The notes under the pieces: model-generated
What the model was told of the DNA's origin: nothing
The model's input: only the letters and a program-made list of their open reading frames with translations
The model's database searches: none
Shown here: one piece after another, positions 1 to 20,089 of the stretch
Numbering within the stretch: the first letter of the stretch is position 1
Layout of the letters: every line of letters starts with the position of its first letter
Translations under genes and position numbers: made by a program
Assembly (NCBI GenBank): GCA_009914755.4
Contig: CP086569.2
Coordinates: 1,280,001 to 1,344,000 of the forward strand
Reading direction: 5' to 3'
Origin: the human T2T-CHM13v2.0 reference genome, Homo sapiens
DNA: 64,000 nt

Positions 1-350
1 CTCACAGCATGCACACAGATGCAGACACACACACACAGACATGCACACATATACCCACACAGACTCACACACATACTCTCACAGAAATATATGCAACCAC
101 ACACCAGAGACGTGCACACACATGCGGATGCAGACACACACACACAGACATGCTCACACACAGACACGCTCCAGGGCATACCACACACATGCACACAGAG
201 AGACACACACACACAAGCACCGTAGACAGTCCCATTTGCACACACATACCCACCATGGAAACGCCCAGGCAGAAACACAGGTGCACACACAGCCATGCCC
301 TCTGTCTAGAAAGAGATGCTGCAGTCTGGAAAAGGTTAGCAGGGTGAACA
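1..350. repeat. Imperfect (CA)n / (CACAGA)n-type simple repeat
   Basis: Direct inspection shows acacacacagacatgcacaca units throughout. Confidence 0.85.
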
Positions 351-364
351 GGAGGAGGGCTCAC

Positions 365-508
365 CTGCTGCGAAGTGGATCTGCACTGCCTGCGGTCCGG
401 GGGGTTGGAAGTGGGCGGCCAGCTCGATAATGTCTGGGAGGTCAAACACAGTCACCTGCATACGAGGGTACTCACGGGCCAGCTCTCGGGCCAGTGCACC
501 CGTGCAGC
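365..508 (-). CDS. ASMTL: ASMTL coding exon 11 (G-CTGALARELAREYPRMQVTVFDLPDIIELAAHFQPPGPQAVQIHFAA-G). SAM-binding motif I of a class I O-methyltransferase. The gene continues beyond the window start
   Basis: Gly-rich motif (D.GGG.GALA) split across exons 10 and 11, then VFDLP, as in ASMT. Acceptor ccccacag|GC at 510-509, donor GCAG|GTGAGC at 364-363. Confidence 0.85.
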
Positions 509-696
509 CTGTGGGGAAGCAAATGCATGCTCTGTGGCTGGGTCGTCTATGGAACTCTGACGACTCTCCAAAGCTCAACTGGGGCAGAAGTAATGTTCAA
601 GGGCATGGCATTGATTCCCATGCTGGAAGGGAAAGCCAGTGGTGGGGAGCTCGCTGGTATCCCAGACAAGACTGTACAAGCAGGTGAGTGTGGGGG

Positions 697-945
697 CACA
701 GACCTGCAGGGAAATCCTTCCAGCCCAGGGGTGGAGGGCTGTACTCCCTTCTCCTTCCTGCCGTGGGGATGTAGACACAATGGCCGGTGCTACAGCAGCC
801 ACTCTGGGCCACGTGTAGGGGGCACAGACCTACAGGGAAATCCTTTCTGCCCAGGGGTGGGAGCTGTACTCCTCCCTTCTCCTTCCTGCCATGGGGATGC
901 AGACACGATGGCTGGTGCTACAGCAGCCACTCTGGACCACAAGGA
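697..945. repeat. Tandem repeat of a ~115-bp unit, about 2.2 copies (cacagacctgcagggaaatccttccagcccaggggtgg...)
   Basis: The second copy begins at about 812 with over 85% identity. Confidence 0.7.
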
Positions 946-1373
946 GGAGAGGTATTCAGAGGTTGGGGAAATGTAAGCTGATGGTGTGAGAATCGTCCCA
1001 GGCCCCGATCCCCCAGCAGCCCTTGGGAATGTGTCTACTGCTCCACCCACTGTCCAGGGCTGGGGTGGGGTGGAGGGTGAGTCAGGATATAATCAGACTT
1101 GCTGAGGGGAATCCAGGGGTTCCAAGGTGCTCTGCCTCAGCTCCGCAGCCAAAAGAGAGGGCCCCGGAGTTTCTAGGGGGGCATTTAGGCATCCCCGGGG
1201 TCCTCCTGGAACTTGGGAATATCCACCCATGATCTGGGACTCAGCCTGGCCCGGTTCAGGTCGTTATCAGGTTTGTCAATGGAAAAAGGCAGTTGGTAGG
1301 TGTCCTGAGCAGGGAAGATACCTGTGGCTTAATAAACGAAAGTAAGGAGAGCCCTGGCGGGGGGGCCACCCAC

Positions 1374-1506
1374 CTCCCACGTCGCAGGCGGAGGAGAAGC
1401 GGGACAGATTGAAGGCCGTGGCCACCTGGCACGCAGTCAGCTTCGTCATGCTGTGCATGGCCCGCATGAACCTCAGCCGCGTCTCCGGGCTCTGGTAGTA
1501 CGCATC
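1374..1506 (-). CDS. ASMTL: ASMTL coding exon 10 (DAYYQSPETRLRFMRAMHSMTKLTACQVATAFNLSRFSSACDVG-G)
   Basis: ASMT-family homology (ER..FM.A..., AF.LS.F...CD.GG). Acceptor gtgttccag|GAT, donor GGAG|GTGGGT. 133 nt. Confidence 0.85.
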
Positions 1507-2284
1507 CTGGAACACAGCAGGTGCTTAGGGGCACCAGAGAACACGGGGCGAGGGCTCGCCCAGCCTCTCCCTGGGGGTCGGGGGGAGAAGTGCAGGGCTC
1601 CAGAGCGTGGGGGCTCAGCCGCACCTGGGCTGCAGAGCGGGCTTCATGCCACAGCTGTGTGGGCTACTCCTGTCTGTGTGGGGGCTGGGCTGGCTGGGGA
1701 CAGAGGACCCCAAAGTGGTGGACGATCTCCTTGGAATCACTTGGTCCACACCACAGCCTGAACTCCAAGCGTCTGACTTTCGCAGTAGGCTTTTCACAAT
1801 AAAGCTTTTCACCCTGGAGGCTCCGGGTGGCCCACAAACACCTCACTGGAGAAAACCAGGAGAGAAGCCACAATGTCTCTGCAGGTGCCCCGGCTCAGCC
1901 TTCACCACAATGGTGCGGTGTGCAGAGGGGGCTCCTCCGAGAATTCTGGTGTGCAGAGGAGAAGCTCCTCCGAGCTTCTCCAAGTCCCCCCAGTGGCACC
2001 TACCCTGGGTCCCAGAGGAGCCCAGGCTCATCCTGGCTCAGTGCTGTGTCCAGGGTTCGCCTGGACATCCCGTCCCTGCAGGGCAAGCAAGCCCAGCTGA
2101 GGATGCTTCTGAGCCCCGCTCCCAGCAGGACAGCCGGTCTCCATCCTGGCTCCCTAAATCTCGCGGGGGCTCCCCGGCCCTCCCCTGCGTGGGTGGCAAT
2201 CATGGGGCTCAGGGATCTGTCCTCTGCGATGCCCACGCTGGCTGCTCACGCCAGCTCAGGGCCCCTGTCCGTGCCTCTTGGCTT

Positions 2285-2830
2285 CTCCACCACTGGCTTC
2301 TCTCTCTGACTCTTTCTCCCTTGGTCTCTGTCTGTCTGTCTCTGTCTCCGTCTGTGTGTCTCTGTCTTCCTCTTTCTCTCTCTCTGTTTCTGTCTCCTGT
2401 CTCTGTTTCTTTCTATCTCCCTCTGTCTCTGTCTCTATCTCTATGTCTGTCTCCTGTTTCTGTCTCTATCTGCCTCTATCTCTGTCTCTCCAAGCCTCCC
2501 TGTCTCTGTCTCCCATCTCCCTCTATGTGTCTGTCTGTCTCCATCTTTGTTTCTGTCTCCCTATCTCTGTCTCCGCCTCCCTCTGTCTCTCAAGTCTCCC
2601 TGTCTCTCCATCTCTCTCCCTATCTCACTATCTGTCTCCCATCTCCGTGTCTGTCTCACTCTATCTCTGTCTCTGTCTTTCTGTCTCCCTGTTTCTGTCT
2701 CCCTCTGTCTCCCTCTATCTCCCTGTCTCTGTCTGCCTCCATCTCTGTCTGTCTCTGTCTCCCTCTATCTTTCTGTCTGCCTATCTCTCTCTCTGTCTCC
2801 CTGTCTGTATGTCTCTCCCCAACATCTGCA
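2285..2830. repeat. ~550-bp polypyrimidine (TCTCTGTC / CTCCCTGT)n tract
   Basis: Continuous C/T-only sequence. It generates spurious Ser/Leu-rich ORFs. Confidence 0.85.
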
Positions 2831-3212
2831 GGAAGCCCCCGGCTCCCTGGGGCTCATCTCTGCATCACACACACACACCCTGACTCCGTGCTCACTGCCA
2901 CAGAAGCTCGGCCAGCGCTGCCAAGGAGGCATGAGGCCACGGCCAGCCGAGCCCACAGCAGACTCCCCACGCCTGGCTGGCACAGCCCTGCAGACCGAGA
3001 CCCACCCATCTGCACAGGCCCCACGGACCCCACCATATCTCACACGTCCACCTCAGGAAGGTTCTGGGCGGGGAAAGGGGAAGGAGGGGCGAGAGGATGC
3101 AGGGAGCGCTTTGCAAACAGCGGCCTCAGATAAGCAAGTGTCAGTTCCATTGAAGCAAAGAAGAAACAGGGCATTCATTTAAGGCAGCCTGTCCAACTCC
3201 TTCCTATTTCTA

Positions 3213-3797
<585 letters not shown>

Positions 3798-4062
3798 GAG
3801 CATGGCCTTCAAACCTGTTTCTAGGAGGAAATTCTATTTTCATCAGCTGCTGGATAACAGTGGAGGATGTCTAAGTTGCACCTGTTCCAGGGCTGAGTGA
3901 CACAAGAGCCACGGCACTAAGTTCTCCAGGCAGAACGAGCCAAGCCTTTGGGATCTGTCAGACTGGAGACAGACTGGTCAAGGTGCCTACTGATCTGTGT
4001 GTCAAAGTGTTTTAGCAAAATGCACGCTAGACGGAAAGGTGTCCGCGGGGGTGTTATGCTAC

Positions 4063-4247
4063 CTGGAACAGATCTTCCGCCTTCTTCCCCAACGCCCTGT
4101 GGTGCTGGTTTGTTCCCTCTCGGATGGCAAACTCCAGGTATGTAAAGAGGTTCCATGTGAGGTCATTATTGTGCATGATGAAGCCGTGCAGAGAGTATTC
4201 GCCATCCGATGCCAGGTGGACGTTCGCTGTCTCTGTGTTACTGTAAC
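4063..4247 (-). CDS. ASMTL: ASMTL coding exon 9 (G-YSNTETANVHLASDGEYSLHGFIMHNNDLTWNLFTYLEFAIREGTNQHHRALGKKAEDLFQ)
   Basis: ASMT-family motif (A.REG.NQ....G...E.LF). Acceptor tttctccag|GT at 4249-4248, donor CAG|GTAGCA. 185 nt. Confidence 0.85.
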
Positions 4248-4282
4248 CTGGAGAAATGGGGACAGTCGTGTGACCTCCTAAC

Positions 4283-4456
4283 GAGAAAACCCAAGGAAAC
4301 CTGACCGTAGGGGATGTATCATTGAGATGTTAAAATAAACATCACCCATCTGACTATAGCAAACCGTACACTCAAGGAAACCTGACCATAGGGGATGCAT
4401 CATTGAGATGTTAAAATAAACATCATCCATCTGACTATAGCAAACTGTACACTCAG
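4283..4456. repeat. Direct tandem duplication (2 x ~86 bp), homologous in inverted orientation to 5128-5215
   Basis: Copies at 4283-4368 and 4369-4456. The reverse complement of 5128-5215 aligns to them at about 80%. Confidence 0.7.
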
Positions 4457-5318
4457 GGTCAGCTGGGCAGGAAAACAGCAGCCACCACGCCCCAGCTGTC
4501 AACTGCTGTAACTGTTACCCACTGAGGCTGATCCTTTCTTCATGATCGTGGCCACGCTCAAGTTCCCAGTTATGCAGGCAAACACCCATCTAGATGTGGC
4601 TGTGGAGGTGTGCTGTAGCTGGCGTTTGCATCTACCATCAGTTTGACTTTAAGGAGATTAACCCCCCAAAATGTGCATTGGCCTCATCCAGCTCATTGAA
4701 AACCCCAGAAGCAAACATTGGGCTTTCCTGGAGGAGAAATTCCACTTGAAGATGGCAGCAGCAGCTCCTGCCTGAGCTTCCAGCCTCCTGGCCTGCCCTG
4801 TGGATTTTGGACTTGCCAGCCTACACAATCACGTAAGTCCTCAAGATAAATCTCCTAGGTTATATCCTAGGGGTTCTGTTACCCTGGAGAGCCCCAAATG
4901 ATACAGGGAACTTCATTCTCCACCCACTTCATGCCCAGGTCAGCTGTCCATAGACCCAGTCCCCAAGCTCCCTTCCAGGATGCCCCCTCCCACAGAATGG
5001 GAGGCTGGAAGGTGGAGAAGTTGTTGGTGGAGACCCGTATATGGAAACAGATGGCCTCGCACCACTCCGGTCCTCCTATGTAAGAAACAGCCCTGTGTTC
5101 ATGTTAATGATGAAATGTTACTGTTTTCCCACCGAGCTGACCCTGAGTGTACGGTTTGCTATAGTCAGATAGATGACATTTATTTTCATCATGAATAAAT
5201 GATGAGACCTATGGTGAAGCAGGAGCAGCCTCTGCAGACGTGGAACTGCTCCTAGGACTCAACTGCACAAAGCGTTGTCAAAAGGAGTTGGAACAAGCTT
5301 GCATGGTGCCGGTGATGA

Positions 5319-5642
<324 letters not shown>

Positions 5643-5929
5643 TATTCATCATTATTTTCAATACGGGAGAATGGTCCTGAACTGCTCTGGCTGGGGAAGA
5701 TGTTCTGGCTTCTATGTTCCAGCCTCTAAGGATATAGTCACATGTCTCTGTGGTAAGGGCACAGCCTTTGGAGCCTCAACCAGGGCATGCTTTGTCTCCT
5801 AATCACAGAAGCACAGCCACCTCTGCCCAGGTGTCATCTGTTGTCCTGCCCTTCCCAGGCTACTCAAGGACTTGGTCATGTGCTCTCTATTCTAGCACCA
5901 TGCTGAAGAGTTCTGTTCAATTCAGAAAA

Positions 5930-7610
5930 CACATTGTCATCCATCCATCCATCCACCCACTCACCCACCCATCCAGTTATCCACTCACCCACCCATCTAG
6001 TCATCCACCCACCCATCTGCTGATCCACCCATTCATCACTCATCTATGCATTCCCCCACCCATCCAATCCACCGATCCACCCATCTACCCACTCATCCAT
6101 CCATTCCCCCACCCAGCTACCCATCCAGCAATCCACTGATACATCTATCCATCCATCCTCCCATCCATCCGTCCACCCACCCATCCATCTATTCACCCAC
6201 CCTCCCAATCATCCACCCAGCCATGCACCCATCCATCCACTCATCCATCCATTCACACGCCCACCCATCCACATGCCCACTCATCCATCCATCCACCTAC
6301 CCATCCATCTATTCACCCATCCACTGATGGATCCACTGATCCATGCACCCATGCATGCATCCATACATCCACATCCATTTATCCATTCATTCCCCCACCC
6401 ATCCAATCACTCATCCATCCATCTGTCCATCCATCCATCCATCCACCCACCCACCTACCCATCCATCCACCCATCCACTGATGGATCCACTGATCCATCC
6501 ACCCATGCATGCATCCATCCATCCACATCCATTTATCCATTCATTCCCCCACCCATCCAATCACTCATCCATCCATCCATCCACCCACCCACCCACCCAT
6601 CTGTTCACCCACCCTCCCCATCATCCACCCAGCCATGCACCCGTCCATCCATTCATGCACTCATCCACATGCCCACTCATCCATCCACCCATCCAACCAC
6701 CCACCTACCCATTCATCCATCCATTCCCCCACCCAGCTACCCAACCACCGATCCACTGATATATCTGTTCATCCACCCTCCCATCCATCTGTCCACCCAC
6801 CCATCCGTCTATTCACCCACACTCCCAATCATCCACCCAGCCGTGCACCCATCCATCCACTCATCCATCCATTCACACGCCCACCCATCCACACGCCCAC
6901 TCATCCATCTATCCACACATCTATCCACTCACCCATCCATCCACACATCCATCCATCCATCCATCTGTCCGTCCATCCATCCATCCAGCCACCCATCCAC
7001 TCACCCACTTATCCATCCACCCATCCATCCACTTACCCACCCATCTATGCACTCATCCACCGATTCATCGATCCATCCATCCATCTACCCACCTTTATCC
7101 ATCCAGTCATCCACCCATCCATCCACACATCCTTCCATTCACACATCCATCCATCTATCCACTCACCCACTCATCCATCCACCCATCCATCCACTTACCC
7201 ACCCATCTACCCACCCTTCCATTTATCCATCCACCTCTCCATCCATCCATCTATCCATCCACCCACCCACCCATCCATCCACCCATCCACTGATCCACCA
7301 ATCCATCCACCTTCCCATCCATGTATCTATCCATCCATTGATCAATCCATCTGTCCATCCATCCATCCATCCATCCCTCCTCCCATCCATCTATCCACCT
7401 ACCATCCATCCATCCATCCATCCATCCTTCCTCCCATCTATCCACCTACCATCCATCCATCCATCTATCCATCCATCCATTTATATATCAACTCTACCCA
7501 TCATCTATGTATCTGTCATCTCTCTATCGTCAATCTATATCAATGTATCTATGCATTTATCATCTATCTATGTATCTGTCTACCCATCCATCTACGTTAT
7601 TTGTCTATAA
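5930..7610. repeat. ~1.7-kb degenerate (CCAT)n/(CCCAT)n microsatellite, ending in a (TCTA)n-like section
   Basis: catccatccacccacccatcc units throughout. This is the source of the His/Pro/Ser-rich artefact ORFs (6273-7610 and others). Confidence 0.9.
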
Positions 7611-7929
7611 AAATAAATAAGCAACTAAATCAATGTCTGTGTACACCGTATTGGGTTCTGTTTCTCAGGAGAACATGGACTGATACAGCCCCTTTGAGAC
7701 TAGAGCCCATAAGGAGGTCACGCTTCTCCTATGTGCTCGCGGCTGCCACTGTTCCCTCTCTGTCATTCACCCTCTGCTTCTCAACCTTTCGGGAAAAGCA
7801 GCATTCCTGAGGGCAGAGGGACAGAAGGTGTGGGCCTCCTTCCTCGCTCTGCCCAGGCTCCAGGTCACCTTCCCTCAGTGACTTCCACCTGCAAAGATCC
7901 TCAGAGCAAAACCCGCTGGGTCCTGTCAC

Positions 7930-8092
7930 CTTGCTCTGTCTTCTCCAGGAGCCCCATGGCAGCACAGATGTCCAGAAGCCTCTCCATTCCACACGCAGAG
8001 GCGTCCACTTTGCTGGCAATATCCGCAGCCTTCTGGGGTGCTTCATCTTTTAACAAATCGAACACCTTCAGTTTGCAAGCGGTGAGCAGGCC
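7930..8092 (-). CDS. ASMTL: ASMTL coding exon 8 (GLLTACKLKVFDLLKDEAPQKAADIASKVDASACGMERLLDICAAMGLLEKTEQ-G), N-terminal (dimerisation-like) part of the ASMT-like O-methyltransferase domain
   Basis: Homology to the ASMT N-terminus (FDLL..., LLDIC). Acceptor tttaacag|GGC, donor CAAG|GTGACA. 163 nt, phase-consistent with exons 7 and 9. Confidence 0.8.
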
Positions 8093-8399
8093 CTGTTAAA
8101 AGCAAGTGCAGAGAGACTCATTAAGTCCCTTGTCCAGTACTTTCTACTCCCACAGACTCAAAAGATGGAGGCCAACGCTGTCGGAAGTATACAACTTGGC
8201 CATTGAGCCTTCTTTCACAGAGAACGGTGGGGATTTATAGGATCAAGTCCCCAGCTATAAAACAAGGTGTACACAAGGAAAAAGCACATCAACGAATATC
8301 ATGCAGAAAAACTAGCCCATGGGAGAAAAATCAACATGCTGCCGATATGGACTGAGTTCAAAACCCAGATGTTGAACTCCTAATCCCCCCAGTCCCTCA

Positions 8400-8730
8400 G
8401 GATGTGACTGTATTTGTAGGCAGGGTTTTAAAGAAGTGATTCAGGTAAAATGAGGTCATTTGGGTGGACCCTAATCCAATAGGACTGGGGTCCCTATAAG
8501 AAAAGGAGATGAGGACACAGACACACACACAGGGACGACCCTGTGAGGACACAGGGAGAAGACAGCATCTCCAAGCCCAGGAGAGAGGCCTCAGGAGGAA
8601 CCAGCCCTGCCCACACGTTGATCTTGGACCTCCAGCCTCCAGGACTGTGGGAGAATCAATGTCTGTTGTTTATAAACCACCTGGTGGTGATTTAATAATC
8701 ACCACTTGGTAAATTAGAGGCACAGACGGA
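8400..8730 (+). mobile_element. MaLR LTR (MLT1-like)
   Basis: Matches the remembered MLT1 consensus core (...ataagaa.aggagat.aggacacagacacaca...gaccctgtgaggacacagggagaag...cctccaggactgtg.gaa.aatcaatgtctgttgtttataa). Confidence 0.6.
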
Positions 8731-8965
8731 ATGTGCTGTAACCACCTTTATTCCTTATTCACTGCATGTTCTCTCTCCTGATGATGAATGGCAGGAGGTG
8801 TCATCAGCCCGTCTCCCTGTCTCCCAAAGCCTGCGTCCCTCCTGCACCCGACATCCCCACCTCTGCTTCCCGGAGGACGCCCTGTGAGGGACCCCTGGTG
8901 TTGGGAGGGCTGCATCCCTTCTAGGCTGCCACCGTGAGGGGCCCCTGAACAGAACAGCTGAAAGA

Positions 8966-10085
<1,120 letters not shown>

Positions 10086-10138
10086 CGAGTGTGTAGGCTC
10101 ATTTGTGAAATGCGGCCTGAGGAGACAGACACAGGTAC

Positions 10139-10526
10139 CTTGGATAGCATAAAGCCCTCAATCAGCTCCAGGAGGCGTGTCGGGAACGGAGGCAGGGTCT
10201 CCCGAGTCCTGTGACACTCAGCCTCTGCCGTGGCCTGTCCCGCCTCTCCCGCCTCGGCCTTCTCATCGCGGCTGCCCGCGTCCCTCTGAGTGGGCTCCGA
10301 GCCGCCCCCCTCCACGTCACTGAGGTCTTCGAAGGTGTCCGCGGCCGGGATGGGGTCGTGCTTGACACTCCGCCGCAGGTCCTCCGGACGGGGCGGGTAG
10401 TAGAGCTTCACCAGCTGCTTGCAGAAGTGGTTCAGCGGGAATCCCACCACGTTCAGAAAGTCCCCGTGTACGGACTCCACCAGCATGCCGCCCAGGGCCT
10501 GGATCCCGTAGCCGCCAGCTTTGTCC
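10139..10526 (-). CDS. ASMTL: ASMTL coding exon 7: end of the Maf domain (DKAGGYGIQALGG...VVGFP), then an acidic low-complexity inter-domain linker, then ...LLELIEGFMLSK. Donor AAG|GTACCT
   Basis: Maf DKAG.YGIQ motif. Acceptor cccacccag|G at 10528-10527. 388 nt, which is 1 + 129 codons. Confidence 0.85.
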
Positions 10527-10589
10527 CTGGGTGGGCAGGGGAAGGTAAGAGGTGACAAGGAGGAGAAAAGTTCCTGGGTCTGAACATTT

Positions 10590-13184
<2,595 letters not shown>

Positions 13185-13185
<1 letters not shown>

Positions 13186-14215
13186 ATAAATAAAATTATT
13201 TATATAAATATATAAAATAAACATATATTTTATACAAATGTATTTATATACATATATTTATATATTTATATACTTTTATAATATAAAAATATATTTTATA
13301 TAATTATATATTTATATAACACATAATACATTATATATTATATATAACTAATATGTATTACATATATTTAATTAATATATAATTTACATATAATCACACT
13401 TTATATTATTATGTAATATGTATTAATATGCAGTTACATATATTAATCATATTTAATACATATTACATATTATCCATATATTCATATATTTCTATATTAT
13501 ATAAATATATAATTATATTTTATAATATATAATCATTTTATAATTATATATATAATTATATATAATTTATATTTATATAATTGTTTATAATTATATATAA
13601 TTATATATCATTTATAATTAATTATATATAATTATAAATTATATTTATATATAATTATAAATATATGTAATTATATATTTATATATAAATAAAATTAAAT
13701 ATATAAAATATATAAAATTATATATTTTATATATAATTATAAATAATTATAAATATAAATTATATAATTTATATATAATTATAATCGATTATAACTACCT
13801 ATTATATAATCTATTTTAACAGTTATATAACCTATCATATAATCTATTATAACAGTATGTATTATAATAGATGGTATATATTACATTAATATTAATCACT
13901 ATTAAAATTAATCATTAAAAATCATTAAATTTCAATCAAAAGTGTTAATATATAATCTATATTATAATATCTATATGTAATATAGTATACATATTACAGT
14001 ATAATCTATTATAGTATATAATACAATATATTATAAATATATAATATATAATTTGTATAATGTAGATTATATATAATTAATAGAATATATAATGTGGAAT
14101 ACATAAATTATATATAATTGTAAATATATATCATGTTACATTATATAATGTATAATTATGTAGACATTATATGACATATGATGTAGATAAATATAATACA
14201 TATAAACGCAAATGG
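13185..14215. repeat. ~1-kb AT-rich low-complexity block ((TATATAA)/(ATTATA)-type, over 90% A+T)
   Basis: Direct inspection. There are no ORFs and many short palindromic TA runs. Confidence 0.85.
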
Positions 14216-14672
14216 TGGGTGATGAAGTGAAGCTGATTGGTGCACGCATACTTCCCGTGCTCACCAATCTCTGGACGGGACGACAGGTACAATCACCTCT
14301 TAGGGTGACTTTGGATCACAGAGTTTATTCGTGTTAATTGCAGCCAGCGTCCTGGGCACAGACCTCTGGGGTCTCCTCCTCCCACCAAGTGAACTCCTCT
14401 ACCCCTGCCCAGCGCCTCCCCAGTCCCCACCGCAGCCCAGCGTTGGCTCCCACCCTGCCCCTCTCTGTCCTGGGAGTTTGCCTCTTTGAGCCTCCATGGG
14501 TCAGTGTGGTCGTGAAGGGTTTGTGCTTCTGAGCCGGGCGGCTCTCCCTGTGCCACACGGCCCCCGGAGCGGGGCCTCCTTCTTTCCCAAAGGCTGGGTG
14601 GGACACCCCACGTGTGAGGGTGGCCAGGCTTCCACACGTGTCCCCCGTCCCCCCACCGCCCCCGAGACTCAC

Positions 14673-14781
14673 ATGGGCTCCCCGCTGTGGACGTATTCCC
14701 AGAGCAGCTCCTCGGACAGCTCCGAGAACTTCACCTTCGTTTCCTCGTAGAATTCCGAGACCCTGGTGTCCAGCTGATGGT
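14673..14781 (-). CDS. ASMTL: ASMTL coding exon 6 (DHQLDTRVSEFYEETKVKFSELSEELLWEYVHSGEP-M). Acceptor tccttgcag|AC, donor CCCAT|GTGAGT
   Basis: Maf C-terminal region (Y..SGEP). 109 nt. The terminal AT plus the exon 7 G completes Met. Confidence 0.85.
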
Positions 14782-14944
14782 CTGCAAGGACACAGCCGTG
14801 GGGGTGAGCGTGGACGCCAGCTTGTCACCTCCGTGCCCTGACAGCTGCGTGGCTGTGCTGTGGAGGTGTGTACTCGAGCGCAGCGCACAGTTCAGATATG
14901 GATGCTTCATGGGAGAATAAGGTTCATTTCGGACAAGAAAAGGG

Positions 14945-16502
<1,558 letters not shown>

Positions 16503-16597
16503 TCATGGGAACAGGGGGAGGGGGCTGGAGATGGAGTTTGCTCCCCAGTGGCGGATGATGTCGTTAATCCTGGCCTTTTAAGAGACCCAGAAGGGAC

Positions 16598-18045
<1,448 letters not shown>

Positions 18046-18234
18046 ACCACACGTTTTCCTTTGTCCTGCAGACTTCCAAATCGGCGGACAACTTTCCCAA
18101 GCAGGACATAGGCACAAACCCCTCCACAGGTGGGGGTGAGCAACCGTCCTCCTCCCTCAAGCCAAGGGTCCCGAGAATGTCCCGGGTCCTTCTCTCGGCC
18201 TCTGGGGCTACCCCGAAACCTGGGCCGCGGTTAC

Positions 18235-18296
18235 CTTTGCTGGAGCAGTGGACGATCGCGACACCTGTGAACACGCTGTGTTCTCTCCCACTCAAC
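18235..18296 (-). CDS. ASMTL: ASMTL coding exon 5 (R-LSGREHSVFTGVAIVHCSSK-). Acceptor gtcttacag|G, donor AAAG|GTAACC
   Basis: Maf motif LSG..H.V.TGVA. 62 nt. Phases are consistent with exons 4 and 6. Confidence 0.85.
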
Positions 18297-18905
18297 CTGT
18301 AAGACAACAACGGGTGACCACGTGACCATGCTGTGACCCGTGGGAGCTACAAAGCGAGTTTCTCAAAACCAGGGGAGGCAGCGAGGCGTCCTTAATCCTG
18401 GATCCGTCCCCAGCATCTTCTCCCCGATCGTCCCGCTGTGGGGTCTCCAGGGAAACCTTTATGGAGAGGCCGGGGAAGGGGTCACAAATCCCACCAGCAG
18501 TGGCCCTGACGGGAGGCGCCAGGCCAGGCAGCTCTCAGCTGGGCCTATGGCGGGCAGGGGGTGCATCTCTTCCACGTCCTGGGATGGGGATGACGTCCCA
18601 GGCTACGGGCTCAGGTCCAGGATGCCCAGTGGGAAGGACAGGACACTGCCAACTTCTCATGACCCCAACAGTCTGCAGTGGGCATGAGACATTCTGGGAT
18701 CAGTGCTGCAGAATCCTAGACAAGGATGAGCATGGAGGGATAGTGCCTGCCTCCCTGCATAGCTCAGACAGCACAGCTCAGACAGCACAGCTCAGACGGC
18801 AGAGCTGACAGAGATCCACCCTGCTCCCCAGGACACCCGGCCAGATACCACAGCTACTCTGTGGCTCAGAACCCGAGAGGGCTCAGAGGCCAACATGGTG
18901 CTTAC

Positions 18906-18970
18906 CGGGACAGCATCCTGTAGGCGTCCTGCTTGTCCACCGGCTTCTCCAGAATCAGCCCCCCGACCGT
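18906..18970 (-). CDS. ASMTL: ASMTL coding exon 4 (TVGGLILEKPVDKQDAYRMLS + CG). Acceptor cctctcgcag|ACG, donor CCCG|GTAAGC
   Basis: Maf motif (ILEKP..., AY.ML). 65 nt ends in phase 2. The carried CG plus the first G of exon 5 makes Arg. Confidence 0.85.
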
Positions 18971-19287
18971 CTGCGAGAGGAAGGGACAGAGGGAGTTGGT
19001 TCCCACCGGCTGGGTCAGGCCTGTGCAAGTCCCACGGTCCCATTCGCAGAAGTCACTTGTTTTATGGAAATGAAGCTGACACGTCCTGAGAGTCGCCATT
19101 TCAAACAACTAACCAGAGTTGCCATGTTGTACCACCACTACCTGCCTGGTTCCAGGATGTTCTCTTCACTCCAGAAGGAGACCCTGTCCCCACGCAGCTG
19201 TCCCTCCCCAGTGCGCCTCCCCAGATCCTGGTAACCGCCCATCCTCTTTCTTTCACCGTGCGTTTGCCTGTTGCGGACGTGGTGTAG

Positions 19288-19865
<578 letters not shown>

Positions 19866-20089
19866 CCTCATTCCTGTTCATGGCTGCATAATATTCCACT
19901 GTGTGTGGATGGACCATGTTGTAATTTCCCATTTACCCACTGACAGACACTTGAGCTGTTTCTGCCTTTTAGCTGTTGTGAATAGTGCTGCTGTGAACAT
20001 TCATGTAGAAGGTTTTGGTGGAACACCTGTTTTGAATCCTTTTGGGTACATACAAGAGTAGATGTATTAGTCTGACTGGGCCACCATAG

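Noticed and set aside
1607-3182. 508-aa and 211-aa plus-strand ORFs with long Leu/Ser/Pro/Cys/Val runs.
   Set aside because: They are driven by the 550-bp (TCTCTGTC)n polypyrimidine tract. The flanking parts are intronic ASMTL sequence on the opposite strand.
5750-7810. 445-aa and 433-aa His/Pro/Ser/Ile-rich plus-strand ORFs. The mirror Trp/Met/Gly-rich ORFs at 55.7-59.2 kb are the same artefact.
   Set aside because: They are translation of the (CCAT)n/(GGAT)n tetranucleotide arrays.
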